Shown one piece after another: positions 9,764 through 18,321 of a DNA stretch of 64,000 nucleotides. The position numbers and the translations under genes are program-made. Origin of the DNA: an uncultured Clostridium sp. GTDB lineage: Bacteria > Bacillota > Clostridia > TANB77 > CAG-508. The DNA lies in NCBI GenBank assembly GCA_900554175.1, contig USGK01000001.1, positions 47,309-111,308 on the forward strand. The letters run 5' to 3'. How positions within the stretch are numbered: position 1 is the stretch's first letter; each line of letters opens with the position of its first letter. The notes under the pieces were generated by a model that was not told the DNA's origin, made no database searches, and saw only the letters and a list, made by a program, of their open reading frames with translations.

Positions 9764-9818
9764 TGTAATAAAAATGTAATATTTATGTAATTGTAGTGTA
9801 ATGAAAAAGTAATATTTA
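9764..9818 (+). repeat. Five direct (T/A)GTAAT hexamers at exact 11-bp spacing
   Basis: Hexamers start at 9764, 9775, 9786, 9797 and 9808: TGTAATAAAAA TGTAATATTTA TGTAATTGTAG TGTAATGAAAA AGTAATATTTA. Confidence 0.8.
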
Positions 9819-9833
9819 ATTAACTAATTTCTA

Positions 9834-9862
9834 TTGATAAAAAATGGAAATTGTAGTATAAA
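9834..9862 (+). promoter_or_regulatory. Sigma-A-type promoter for the 9902 gene
   Basis: TTGATA (9834-9839), 17 nt, TATAAA (9857-9862). A 16-bp palindrome GTATTTTATAAAATAC at 9871-9886 follows it. Confidence 0.5.
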
Positions 9863-9901
9863 ATATATAAGTATTTTATAAAATACAAAGGAGGAAGAAA
9901 A

Positions 9902-10267
9902 ATGGTTGAATTAGGAAAAGATGGAGAAATATCTAATGTTTTTGGAGGAGTAAATTTCGACGGAAGTGAAAATACATCATATTTCGATGGAGTTCAAAAC
10001 AATAATAATACAAATCAAGATGCTTTTGGAGGTTCAAGTTTTGGAGAAAGTAATTCAGAAATATTTAAACCTGTTTCAGCAGATAAAGCAATGACAAAAA
10101 GAGGTTTTTGGTCAAAAGTTAAGGAATTTTTGTTCCAAGAAATAGATTTAAATGCACCTATTAAAGTTGAACTTACACCATATCAACAAAAAGTAGAAGA
10201 TGAAATAAATGAATTTTTACATCAAGAAATATCATTTAGAAAACTTTTTGGAAGATCAAAAAAATAA
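9902..10267 (+). CDS. Hypothetical protein (121 aa), G/N/S/F-rich N-terminus and helical C-terminus
   Basis: Strong SD (AAGGAGGAAG) and a strong terminator. No family recognised. Confidence 0.6.
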   Translation: MVELGKDGEISNVFGGVNFDGSENTSYFDGVQNNNNTNQDAFGGSSFGESNSEIFKPVSADKAMTKRGFWSKVKEFLFQEIDLNAPIKVELTPYQQKVEDEINEFLHQEISFRKLFGRSKK

Positions 10268-10284
10268 ATATGTTTCTTTATTAA

Positions 10285-10340
10285 AGTACCTATAATATAA
10301 ATTTTCTTCAAAAAGAATTTATATTATAGGTACTTTGTTA
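10285..10340 (+). terminator. Intrinsic terminator (19-bp arms)
   Basis: AGTACCTATAATATAAATT / AATTTATATTATAGGTACT, followed by TTTGTT. Confidence 0.75.
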
Positions 10341-10396
10341 ATCGTATGAAATTATTTTAAGTCTATTTTATTATTAATTTGAAGGGAAAGTAAATT

Positions 10397-11096
10397 ATGA
10401 ATAATATTGGTATAATTGCAGCAATGAATGAAGAAATGCAAGAAATAAAAAAAATAATGAATGATATAAAAATTGAAAAAGAATATGATTTAAATTTTTT
10501 TATTGGGAAAATATGTGAAAAAAGAGTGGTTTTAGTTGAATGCGGTGTAGGAAAAGTAAATGCAGCAAGAGTAACGCAAATTTTAATAGATAAATTTAAT
10601 GTTGAATCCATTGTTAATATTGGTTCAGCCGGAACTGCTAACTCAGAGTTGAATATTGGAGATATTGTAATCCGGATGCAAACTTATACAACATGATTTT
10701 GATATAACAGCATTTGGTCATCCTAAAGGTTATATAAGTAATGTTGGTCTAGAATTGAAAAGTGATGAAAAATTAATTCAAAATATGAAAAAAGCAATAG
10801 AAAACATGAAAAATACTAACATAAAAATAAAAATAGGAACGATAGCTTCAGGAGACATATTCTGTACAGAAACAGAAATGAAAAATAAAATTCATAGTAA
10901 ATTTAAAGCTGATGCGATAGAAATGGAAGGAGCAGCAATTGCACAAGTATGTTATCTTTGTAATAAACCATTTATTGTAATTAGGGGAATTTCTGATAAT
11001 CCTAATGGAAAAAATCACATTACTTTTGAAAAGTATCTAGAAAAAGCATCGAAAATATGTGCTAAAATTTTAGAAAAATATCTAGAAATATTATAA
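10397..11096 (+). pseudogene. mtnN: 5'-methylthioadenosine/S-adenosylhomocysteine nucleosidase, split by one +1 frame change near 10670-10673
   Basis: ORFs 10397..10696 and 10755..11096 together make one MTAN. IGIIAAMNEE, ECGVGKVNAA, NIGSAGT, GDIVI in frame A. QHDFDITAFGHPKGY, ASGDIF, EMEGAAIAQV, IRGISD in frame A+1. Confidence 0.85.
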
Positions 11097-11113
11097 TGAA
11101 AGGATAAATAAAA

Positions 11114-11638
11114 ATGAATATAGCAGTATTTTGTTCTTCTTCAGAAGAAATAAATGAAAGATATATAAAAAGCTCAAGGAACGTTTTAGAGTCATTATTT
11201 GAAAAAAATAATAATTTGGTTTTTGGAACATATTCAAAAGGAATAATGGGTATATCATATAGAATTGCAAAAAAAAATAAAAGAAAAGTTATAGGAATAT
11301 CACCAAATGAACAGGATTTTTTGGATTTAAAATGTGATGAAAAAATTATAACAAAATCTGTAAACGAAAGAACAGATAACATGATAGAAAAAGCAGATAT
11401 ATTACTATTTTTACCAGGTGGAATAGGAACGATTTATGAATTATTTACTGCAATTGAAAAGAAAAGAAATAATGAGTATGACAAGCCAATATATATATAT
11501 AATGAAACTGGATTTTTTGATGATATTCTTCAAATTTTAGATAAAATATATAAAGAAAAATTTTCAAGCAGTAAAGATGGTAAAAATTACGAAGTTATAA
11601 ATGAAAGAAATAGACTTTTAAAAGAAATTGGATTATAA
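11114..11638 (+). CDS. LOG-family (TIGR00730-type) protein, putative nucleotide N-glycosidase
   Basis: 174 aa. IAVFCSSS N-terminus, and PGGIGTIYELF matching the PGGxGTxxE LOG motif. Confidence 0.8.
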   Translation: MNIAVFCSSSEEINERYIKSSRNVLESLFEKNNNLVFGTYSKGIMGISYRIAKKNKRKVIGISPNEQDFLDLKCDEKIITKSVNERTDNMIEKADILLFLPGGIGTIYELFTAIEKKRNNEYDKPIYIYNETGFFDDILQILDKIYKEKFSSSKDGKNYEVINERNRLLKEIGL

Positions 11639-11675
11639 TTATATGTAGTATTTTTAAAGAAGGGAGCATAGAATT

Positions 11676-12707
11676 ATGTTAGACGACAGAAAAAAAAGAG
11701 TATTACAAGCGATTGTTGAAGAATATATAAATACAGCAGAACCAGTAAGTTCTAATTCAATATTAAAAAAGTATGACCTAAATTGTAGTAGTGCTACAAT
11801 AAGAAATGAAATGGCAGATTTAGACAAAAAGGGATATCTTGCAAAGGTTCATACATCTAGTGGTAGAATTCCATCAGAAAAAGGATATCGTTACTATGTA
11901 GATGAATTACTAAAAGATGACAATATCAGTTTAGAAGAAGTAAAATATATAAGTGATAAATTAGAAACAAAAGTAAATGAAATAGAGGATTTAACTAAAA
12001 TAACAGCAAATACAATTTCTGAAATTACGCATTATACAACTGTTACAATAGGACCTAAAACAGAGGAACAAATAATTCAAGAAATAAAATTTGTACTTTT
12101 AGGTGCGAGAATGCTTTTAGCAATCATTATGACAGATACAGGTATGGTAAAGGAAACTATAATAAAATTTGATGAAGATATATATGAGAAACAAATTGAG
12201 ACTTTAAATTATGTTTTCAATAATAAATTAAAAGGAGAACCTATAAAAAAGATAGATATGCCTTTAGAAGAATATTTGGCGAAAGAAATGACTGACATGG
12301 TAAAAGTAATAAAGCCAATAGTTACTCAAATAAAAAAAGTATTGTTTGAAGATTCTCAGATTTATTTAGAAGGAGCAAGAAAAGAACTTGATTTACCTGA
12401 ATTTAATAGTTTACAAGTTGCTAAAAATTTTATGAATATACTGGATAAAAAAGAACTTATGGAAGATATGCTAAATTCGGGATTTGCAGAGGATATAAAT
12501 GTTTATATTGGGGAGGAAAGTGAAAAAGAAGAGCTTAAGGATTTTAGTATGGTAACATTTAAGCATAAAATAGGTAATAAAGATATGGGGACGATAGGTA
12601 TAATTGGACCTAAAAGGATGGATTATTCTAAAGTAATTTCTGTTATGAAATATATAAGTAAAAAATTAAATAAAAATGAAGACAATAATAAAGGTATAAA
12701 TAATTAA
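11676..12707 (+). CDS. hrcA: Heat-inducible transcription repressor HrcA
   Basis: 343 aa. MLDDRKKRVLQAIVEEYINTAEPVSSNSILKKY, SSATIRNEMADLDKKGYL, HTSSGRIPSEKGYRYYVD, GIIGPKRMDYSKV. Confidence 0.93.
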   Translation: MLDDRKKRVLQAIVEEYINTAEPVSSNSILKKYDLNCSSATIRNEMADLDKKGYLAKVHTSSGRIPSEKGYRYYVDELLKDDNISLEEVKYISDKLETKVNEIEDLTKITANTISEITHYTTVTIGPKTEEQIIQEIKFVLLGARMLLAIIMTDTGMVKETIIKFDEDIYEKQIETLNYVFNNKLKGEPIKKIDMPLEEYLAKEMTDMVKVIKPIVTQIKKVLFEDSQIYLEGARKELDLPEFNSLQVAKNFMNILDKKELMEDMLNSGFAEDINVYIGEESEKEELKDFSMVTFKHKIGNKDMGTIGIIGPKRMDYSKVISVMKYISKKLNKNEDNNKGINN

Positions 12708-12710
12708 ATA

Positions 12711-12756
12711 AAAGGATACAATATAGAAATTTCTATATTGTATCCTTTTTGTTTTT
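12711..12756. terminator. Strong terminator directly after hrcA (19-bp arms)
   Basis: AAAGGATACAATATAGAAA / TTTCTATATTGTATCCTTT, then TTTGTTTTT. Confidence 0.85.
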
Positions 12757-12779
12757 GGCTATAATATTATTTTAAACAT

Positions 12780-13106
12780 TCAATAATTCCAAACGGCATC
12801 TTCAAACTTTTCTAACAAGTATGTCGAATCTTCATAGAGTTTATTGACCTTTTCTTCGAAAATAGAGTCACCTAAATTCGAATGAAAATTGACATTATTT
12901 TTAAGAAGATAAGCTCTTCGAGTAAAGAACTTCAAAAATGAATGTCTTATTGATGCGTCATCAACCTTATATAATGATGCATTCAATTTTTCCAAAAGAT
13001 TATGGGCTCTTTTTTGTTCCTCCATTTTCACAGTATCTCGATGAGAATATAAAAAAAGCTCATCAAAATAACTATTAATAGTAGATGTCACTAAGTCTGC
13101 TGTCAT
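12780..13106 (-). CDS. Hypothetical helical protein (108 aa)
   Basis: Clean ORF with an SD-like AAAGGGG upstream. No family recognised. Confidence 0.55.
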   Translation of the reverse strand: MTADLVTSTINSYFDELFLYSHRDTVKMEEQKRAHNLLEKLNASLYKVDDASIRHSFLKFFTRRAYLLKNNVNFHSNLGDSIFEEKVNKLYEDSTYLLEKFEDAVWNY

Positions 13107-13297
13107 ACAAATGACCCCTTTCTGTTTTTAGTATATATAGTATAACAGGGTTATTAGAATAAATCAAGTATATTTGCAAAATTGTGAAAAAAAATACAAA
13201 ATTTTACAAAAAAGTATTTACTTTTTATAATCAATTGTATAAAATGTAGTATGAAAATAAAAAAACAGAAGAAAATATTTAAGAAGGGAGAAAAAAG

Positions 13298-14584
13298 ATG
13301 AAAATCTTAATGTTGACATGGGAATATCCACCAAGAATTGTAGGAGGAATTGCAAGAGTTGTAAACGATTTATCTAAAAGATTAATAAAAGATGGTCATG
13401 ATGTAACAGTTGTAACATATAGAGATCAAAATTTACCATATTTTGAATTAGATAAAGGAGTAAAAGTCTATAGAGTAGATAATTTTATGATTCAATCAAA
13501 TAATTTCATTGATTGGGTAATGCAACTTAATTTTAATATGATAGCAAAGGTAGGCGAAATAATAGCAAAAGAAGGCAACTTCGATGTAATACATGCACAT
13601 GATTGGCTTGTAGCGTATGCAGCAAAAACATTAAAACAAGCATATAATTTGCCTATAGTTTCTACAATACATGCAACAGAAGCAGGAAGAAATAATGGTA
13701 TAAGAGAACAAAATCAAAAATATATAAATGATACAGAATGGATGTTAACATATGAGTCAACAGAAGTTATAGTAAATAGTAATTACATGAAAAATGAACT
13801 TCAGAGATTATTCGGATTACCTTTCGAAAAAATAAATGTAGTACCAAACGGAGTAAATTTAACAAATTATTCGGGAATAGAAAGAGATTATGATTTTAGA
13901 AGAAAATATGCTATGGATAATGAGAAAATGATTTTATTCATGGGAAGACTCGTTTATGAAAAAGGAGTACAACATTTAATTGGTGCTATGCCAAAAATTC
14001 TAGAACATTATCATGATGCAAAACTTGTAATAGCTGGTAAAGGTGGAATGATAGATGAACTTAAGGCAGAAGTAAATGCTTTAGGTTTAGGAAATAAGGT
14101 TTGTTTTGCAGGATACTTAAATGGAAAAGATGTAGGAAAAATGTATAAAGCAGCAGATATTTCAGTTTTTCCAAGTACGTATGAACCATTTGGAATTGTA
14201 GCATTAGAGGCTATGCTAGCAGAAGTACCAATAGTTGTTTCAGATATTGGTGGTTTAAATGAGATAGTAGATCACAGAGAAACAGGAATGAAAAGCTATG
14301 CAGGAAATAGTAATTCAATAGCAGATTCTATTTTAGAACTATTATTTGATCCTCAATTATGTGCAAATATTGTAAAAAAAGCAAAAGCAAAAGTTAGAAA
14401 TCAATATAATTGGAACAAAATTGCTCAAGATACACATTTCACTTATCAAAAAGCAATTTGTGAGACAATGGCTGACAAGCAACGAAAAGAAATTGAACAA
14501 GAAAAAGCAGAAAAAGTTAAGAAAACAGCAAAAGGTGAAATTACAAATCTTCTTAATTTCAGAAAAAATCAAGCATATGCTTAA
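13298..14584 (+). CDS. GT4-family (GT-B) glycosyltransferase with K/E-rich C-terminal tail
   Basis: MKILMLTWEYPPRIVGGIARVV N-terminus, HAHDWL, FMGRLVYEKGV, and an EX7E-like region (FPSTYEPFGIVALEAM). Confidence 0.85.
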   Translation: MKILMLTWEYPPRIVGGIARVVNDLSKRLIKDGHDVTVVTYRDQNLPYFELDKGVKVYRVDNFMIQSNNFIDWVMQLNFNMIAKVGEIIAKEGNFDVIHAHDWLVAYAAKTLKQAYNLPIVSTIHATEAGRNNGIREQNQKYINDTEWMLTYESTEVIVNSNYMKNELQRLFGLPFEKINVVPNGVNLTNYSGIERDYDFRRKYAMDNEKMILFMGRLVYEKGVQHLIGAMPKILEHYHDAKLVIAGKGGMIDELKAEVNALGLGNKVCFAGYLNGKDVGKMYKAADISVFPSTYEPFGIVALEAMLAEVPIVVSDIGGLNEIVDHRETGMKSYAGNSNSIADSILELLFDPQLCANIVKKAKAKVRNQYNWNKIAQDTHFTYQKAICETMADKQRKEIEQEKAEKVKKTAKGEITNLLNFRKNQAYA

Positions 14585-14769
14585 ATTCGAATGAAAAATA
14601 TAATGTTCAAAATTTAAAAATTTGAACATATAAAAAAATAGACGGTTTTCAAAATCATTTGCATTATATGCTAGTGATATATAGCTTTGCTATAATAGAA
14701 AGCCGTCTAAAATTATAATCTTGATAAAATAATTAAAAAATTAGTTAAAAGAAAGGAATTTTAATAAAA

Positions 14770-15483
14770 ATGGCAATTTATGTAATAGCTGATTTACATT
14801 TATCTTTTAATGATCCTAAACCAATGAGTATTTTTGGAACAAATTGGAAAAATCATGAAGAGAAGATAAAAAAAGATTGGATATCAAAAGTAAAAAATGA
14901 TGATACAGTATTACATTTGGGAGATTTTTCATGGGCGATGCATTTAAATGAAACATTAAAAGATTTTGAATATTTAAATTCCCTTCCTGGAAAAAAGATA
15001 TTGCTTAGAGGAAATCACGATTATTGGTGGACCACTAAAACAAAAATGGAGAGATTTATAAAAGAAAGCGGATTTGAAAATATATCTTTTATGCAGAATG
15101 ATAGTATTGAAATAGAAAATAAAATTTTTTGCGGTACAAGAGGATGGAGTTTGTTAAATACAGAAACGGACAATAGTAGAAAGATTATAAGTAGAGAATG
15201 TATAAGATTAGAACTTTCAATACAAAATGCACTTTCTAAATATCAAGAAGGAAAAGAGATAATAGTATGTATGCATTATCCACCAATTTTGAAGACAAAT
15301 ATTGAAAAAAATGAATTTAGTGATTTTTTTAGGATATTGAAGAAATATAATATAAAAAAATGTTTTTATGGACATCTTCATGGAACTTCAATTAAAGAGG
15401 CTCTAGAAGGAGATATTTTAGGAATAGAACTTCATTTAGTTAGTGCAGATGGATTAGATTTTAAGTTATTGAAATTTGAATAA
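14770..15483 (+). CDS. Metallophosphoesterase-family protein
   Basis: IYVIADLHL, LGDFSW, LRGNHDYWW, MHYPP, GHLHG: the calcineurin-like motif set. Confidence 0.8.
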   Translation: MAIYVIADLHLSFNDPKPMSIFGTNWKNHEEKIKKDWISKVKNDDTVLHLGDFSWAMHLNETLKDFEYLNSLPGKKILLRGNHDYWWTTKTKMERFIKESGFENISFMQNDSIEIENKIFCGTRGWSLLNTETDNSRKIISRECIRLELSIQNALSKYQEGKEIIVCMHYPPILKTNIEKNEFSDFFRILKKYNIKKCFYGHLHGTSIKEALEGDILGIELHLVSADGLDFKLLKFE

Positions 15484-15506
15484 GAGTTGATTTAAGTGAG
15501 GAAAAA

Positions 15507-17552
15507 ATGATTGATTTATATAAGGATGTAAAATATATAAAAAATGTTGGACCAAATAGAGTAAAATTATTGAACAAATTAAATATTTTTACTTTAAAAG
15601 ATTTAATTACATATTTTCCAAGAAATCATGAAGATAGAAGTATTCCAAAGAAAATTATAGATTGTACAAATGGAGAAGAGGTTTTAATAAAAGCTACTGC
15701 TGTAACAAGAGTTATAGAAACAAGAACTAGAAAAATGTCAATTTATAAATTAGTTGTAAGAGATGGATCAGAAAGTTGTACAATTACGTGGTTTAATCAA
15801 AGATATTTAAAAGATGCTTTTAAGGTAGGTCATACATATAATTTTTATGGAAAAATCGAAACAAAGCTAGGTAGATTTGAAATGAAATCACCAGTATTTG
15901 ACGAAGATGGTAAAAATAGAAACACTGGAAAAATAATTCCTTTATATCCTCTGACTTCGGGAATTTCACAAAATGTGATAAGAAAAATAATAGAAAATGG
16001 AATAAATGAAGTATATAGAAATCTAGAAGAAAATATTCCTGATTATATTTGTAAAAGATATGATCTTATGGAAATAAATGAGGCTATAAAAAATATCCAT
16101 TTTCCAAAAAATAATGATAATTTTATAAAAGCAAGAAGACGTTTAGTTTTTGAAGAATTACTTGGTTTTCAGCTTGCATTATTAAAATTAAAAGAAAATA
16201 ATTTGGAATGCAAGGATGGAATTAAGTTTGAATCAAGTGTAAAGATGTCTGATGTAATTAATGAATTACCTTTTAAATTAACTAAAGCTCAACTAAGAGT
16301 TTTAGAGGAAATTGACAATAATATGGAGTCTAGAAAATCAATGAATAGACTAGTTCAGGGAGATGTAGGATCAGGTAAAACCATTGTTAGTATAATTGCT
16401 GCATATAAAGCAGTTAAATCTGGATATCAAGTAGCAATAATGGCACCAACATCAATTCTAGCTGATCAACATCTAAAGAACTTTAACAACATTTTAAAAC
16501 AGTTTGATATTAGATGTGAACTATTGATTTCATCTGTCACAAAAAAGAAAAAAGAAGATATTTTAAAAAGACTTTCAAATGGAGAAATAGATATATTAAT
16601 AGGAACGACTGCACTTTTAGAAGAAAATGTTATTTTTAAAAATTTAGGGCTTGTTGTAACAGATGAACAACATAGGTTTGGTGTAAAGCAAAGAGCAACA
16701 CTAAATTCCAAAGGGAAGAAACCAGATATTATTGTAATGTCAGCTACTCCAATTCCAAGAACACTAGCATTAATTTTATATGGAGATTTGGACATTTCAA
16801 TAATTGATGAGCTTCCACCGAATAGAAAAAAAATAGATACTTTTGCAGTTACAAAAGAACTTGAAGATAGATTGAATGGATTCGTAAAGAAACAAATTAA
16901 TGAAGGAAGACAAGCATATATTGTATGTCCACTTGTAGAGGAAAATGAAGATATGGATTTAAAATCTGTTGAAGAGCTTTATGAAAAATACAAATTTGAA
17001 ACATTTTCTGAATACAATGTAGAATATTTACACGGAAAAATGAAACCAAAAGAAAAAGATGAAATAATGACAAAATTTAAGGATGGGAAAATAGACATAT
17101 TAATTTCGACTACAGTAATTGAAGTTGGTGTTGATGTTCCAAATGCAAATATAATGGTAATTGAAAATGCTGAAAGATTTGGATTAGCTCAACTTCATCA
17201 ATTAAGAGGAAGAGTAGGACGTGGAGAATTTAAGTCATATTGTGTTTTAAAATACGAAGGAAAAGGAAAAACTGTTAGAGAAAGAATGAAAGTAATGTGC
17301 GATACAAATGACGGATTTATAATATCTGAAAAGGATTTAGAACTTCGTGGATCTGGAGACTTTTTTGGAACAGCGCAACATGGAATCCCAGAAATGAAGA
17401 TTGCAAATCTATTTGAAGATATTTCAGAATTGAAAGAAGTCCAAAAACTTGCGAATGAGATAATGAAAGAAGATTATGCTTTAACGTCAGAAAAAAATAT
17501 AAAATTAAAAAATTTAATTAAAGATAAATTTTCTGATAGGATTGAGATATAA
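15507..17552 (+). CDS. recG: ATP-dependent DNA helicase RecG
   Basis: 681 aa. Wedge/OB N-terminus, FKLTKAQLRVLEEI, GDVGSGKT, TDEQHRFGV, SATPIPRTL, LHGKM, QLHQLRGRVGRG, LRGSGDFFGTAQHG. Confidence 0.95.
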   Translation: MIDLYKDVKYIKNVGPNRVKLLNKLNIFTLKDLITYFPRNHEDRSIPKKIIDCTNGEEVLIKATAVTRVIETRTRKMSIYKLVVRDGSESCTITWFNQRYLKDAFKVGHTYNFYGKIETKLGRFEMKSPVFDEDGKNRNTGKIIPLYPLTSGISQNVIRKIIENGINEVYRNLEENIPDYICKRYDLMEINEAIKNIHFPKNNDNFIKARRRLVFEELLGFQLALLKLKENNLECKDGIKFESSVKMSDVINELPFKLTKAQLRVLEEIDNNMESRKSMNRLVQGDVGSGKTIVSIIAAYKAVKSGYQVAIMAPTSILADQHLKNFNNILKQFDIRCELLISSVTKKKKEDILKRLSNGEIDILIGTTALLEENVIFKNLGLVVTDEQHRFGVKQRATLNSKGKKPDIIVMSATPIPRTLALILYGDLDISIIDELPPNRKKIDTFAVTKELEDRLNGFVKKQINEGRQAYIVCPLVEENEDMDLKSVEELYEKYKFETFSEYNVEYLHGKMKPKEKDEIMTKFKDGKIDILISTTVIEVGVDVPNANIMVIENAERFGLAQLHQLRGRVGRGEFKSYCVLKYEGKGKTVRERMKVMCDTNDGFIISEKDLELRGSGDFFGTAQHGIPEMKIANLFEDISELKEVQKLANEIMKEDYALTSEKNIKLKNLIKDKFSDRIEI

Positions 17553-17570
17553 AAAGGAGATGAAATTAAT

Positions 17571-17756
17571 ATGATGGTTTTAAAAATAGTTGGATTAATA
17601 ATGGTTGCTATTGGAGTAATATGTGTCTATGATGCAAGAACATTAACAGAAGATTGGTTTAGCTTTGGTGACCAAAATGAAGCTACGACAGGTTTTAAAA
17701 TATTGGGGTTTATTATTTCTATGATAGGAGCATTGATTTTCTATTTTTGCAAATAA
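17571..17756 (+). CDS. Small two-TM membrane protein (61 aa)
   Basis: SD AAGGAG 8 nt upstream. Two hydrophobic helices. 18 nt downstream of recG. Confidence 0.55.
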   Translation: MMVLKIVGLIMVAIGVICVYDARTLTEDWFSFGDQNEATTGFKILGFIISMIGALIFYFCK

Positions 17757-17834
17757 GATTTTTAACTTTAGAAAAGATGATTGCATAGATAAAAATACTA
17801 AATAAAAAAAGTTGAAATTTTTTTTAGAAAAAGA

Positions 17835-17866
17835 TTGACAATATATTTTAAATATGGTAATATAAC
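17835..17866 (+). promoter_or_regulatory. Promoter for tRNA-Leu, flanked by a 10-bp inverted repeat
   Basis: TTGACA (17835-17840), 17 nt, TAATAT. GATTGACAAT (17833-17842) and ATTGTCAATC (17868-17877) are perfect inverted repeats. Confidence 0.55.
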
Positions 17867-17883
17867 AATTGTCAATCAAATAT

Positions 17884-17967
17884 GCGGATGTGGCGGAACT
17901 GGCAGACGCGCTGGTCTTAGGAACCAGTGTCAACGACGTGGAGGTTCAAGTCCTCTCATCCGCACCA
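17884..17967 (+). tRNA. tRNA-Leu (anticodon UAG), CCA encoded
   Basis: Acceptor GCGGATG/CATCCGC, anticodon stem CTGGT/ACCAG with loop CTTAGGA, long variable arm, T-arm GAGG-TTCAAGT-CCTC, 3' ACCA. Confidence 0.9.
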
Positions 17968-18012
17968 ATGACGTTTCTGTTCGAACTTTTAGTTTGAAGC
18001 GGAAGATATGAA

Positions 18013-18042
18013 ATCAATCAGAGAAATCTGGTTGATTTTTTT
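18013..18042 (+). terminator. Terminator after tRNA-Leu
   Basis: ATCAATCAGA / TCTGGTTGAT (one G-U pair), followed by TTTTTTT. Confidence 0.7.
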
Positions 18043-18091
18043 GTTGTTTAAAAACAACATTAAATCATCCAAACGAAAGGATGGTATAAAA

Positions 18092-18307
18092 ATGAAAATA
18101 ATTAAACAAGAACTACAATTTGAAGAAAGTTTAAAGAAAAGGCTAGAATTTATATGTGAGTTTGCAAATGTAACACCAACATTTATAAATGGAAGTATAA
18201 GAAAATTAGATAAAACTAATCTTTCTTATATTGAGCCACACAGAGTGTTAATTAAAGACATTACATTATTGGTTTTTAATTATTCAAATGAAGTTTATAA
18301 ATGGTAA
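18092..18307 (+). CDS. Hypothetical protein (71 aa)
   Basis: ORF-track 18008..18307. Its first 28 codons overlap the tRNA terminator. The ATG at 18092 has an AAGGATGG SD. Confidence 0.4.
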   Translation: MKIIKQELQFEESLKKRLEFICEFANVTPTFINGSIRKLDKTNLSYIEPHRVLIKDITLLVFNYSNEVYKW

Positions 18308-18321
18308 AATTAAAAAAATTT

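Noticed and set aside
10363-10611. Minus-strand 82-aa ORF overlapping the mtnN 5' half
   Set aside because: It is antisense to conserved MTAN sequence and gives a hydrophobic, low-complexity product.
17643-17933. Minus-strand 96-aa ORF overlapping the tRNA-Leu gene and its promoter
   Set aside because: It overlaps a well-folded tRNA and the 3' end of a plus-strand gene, and has no SD.
18008-18091. N-terminal extension of the 18008..18307 ORF
   Set aside because: The first 28 codons coincide with the tRNA terminator hairpin and T-run. The internal ATG at 18092 has an SD.
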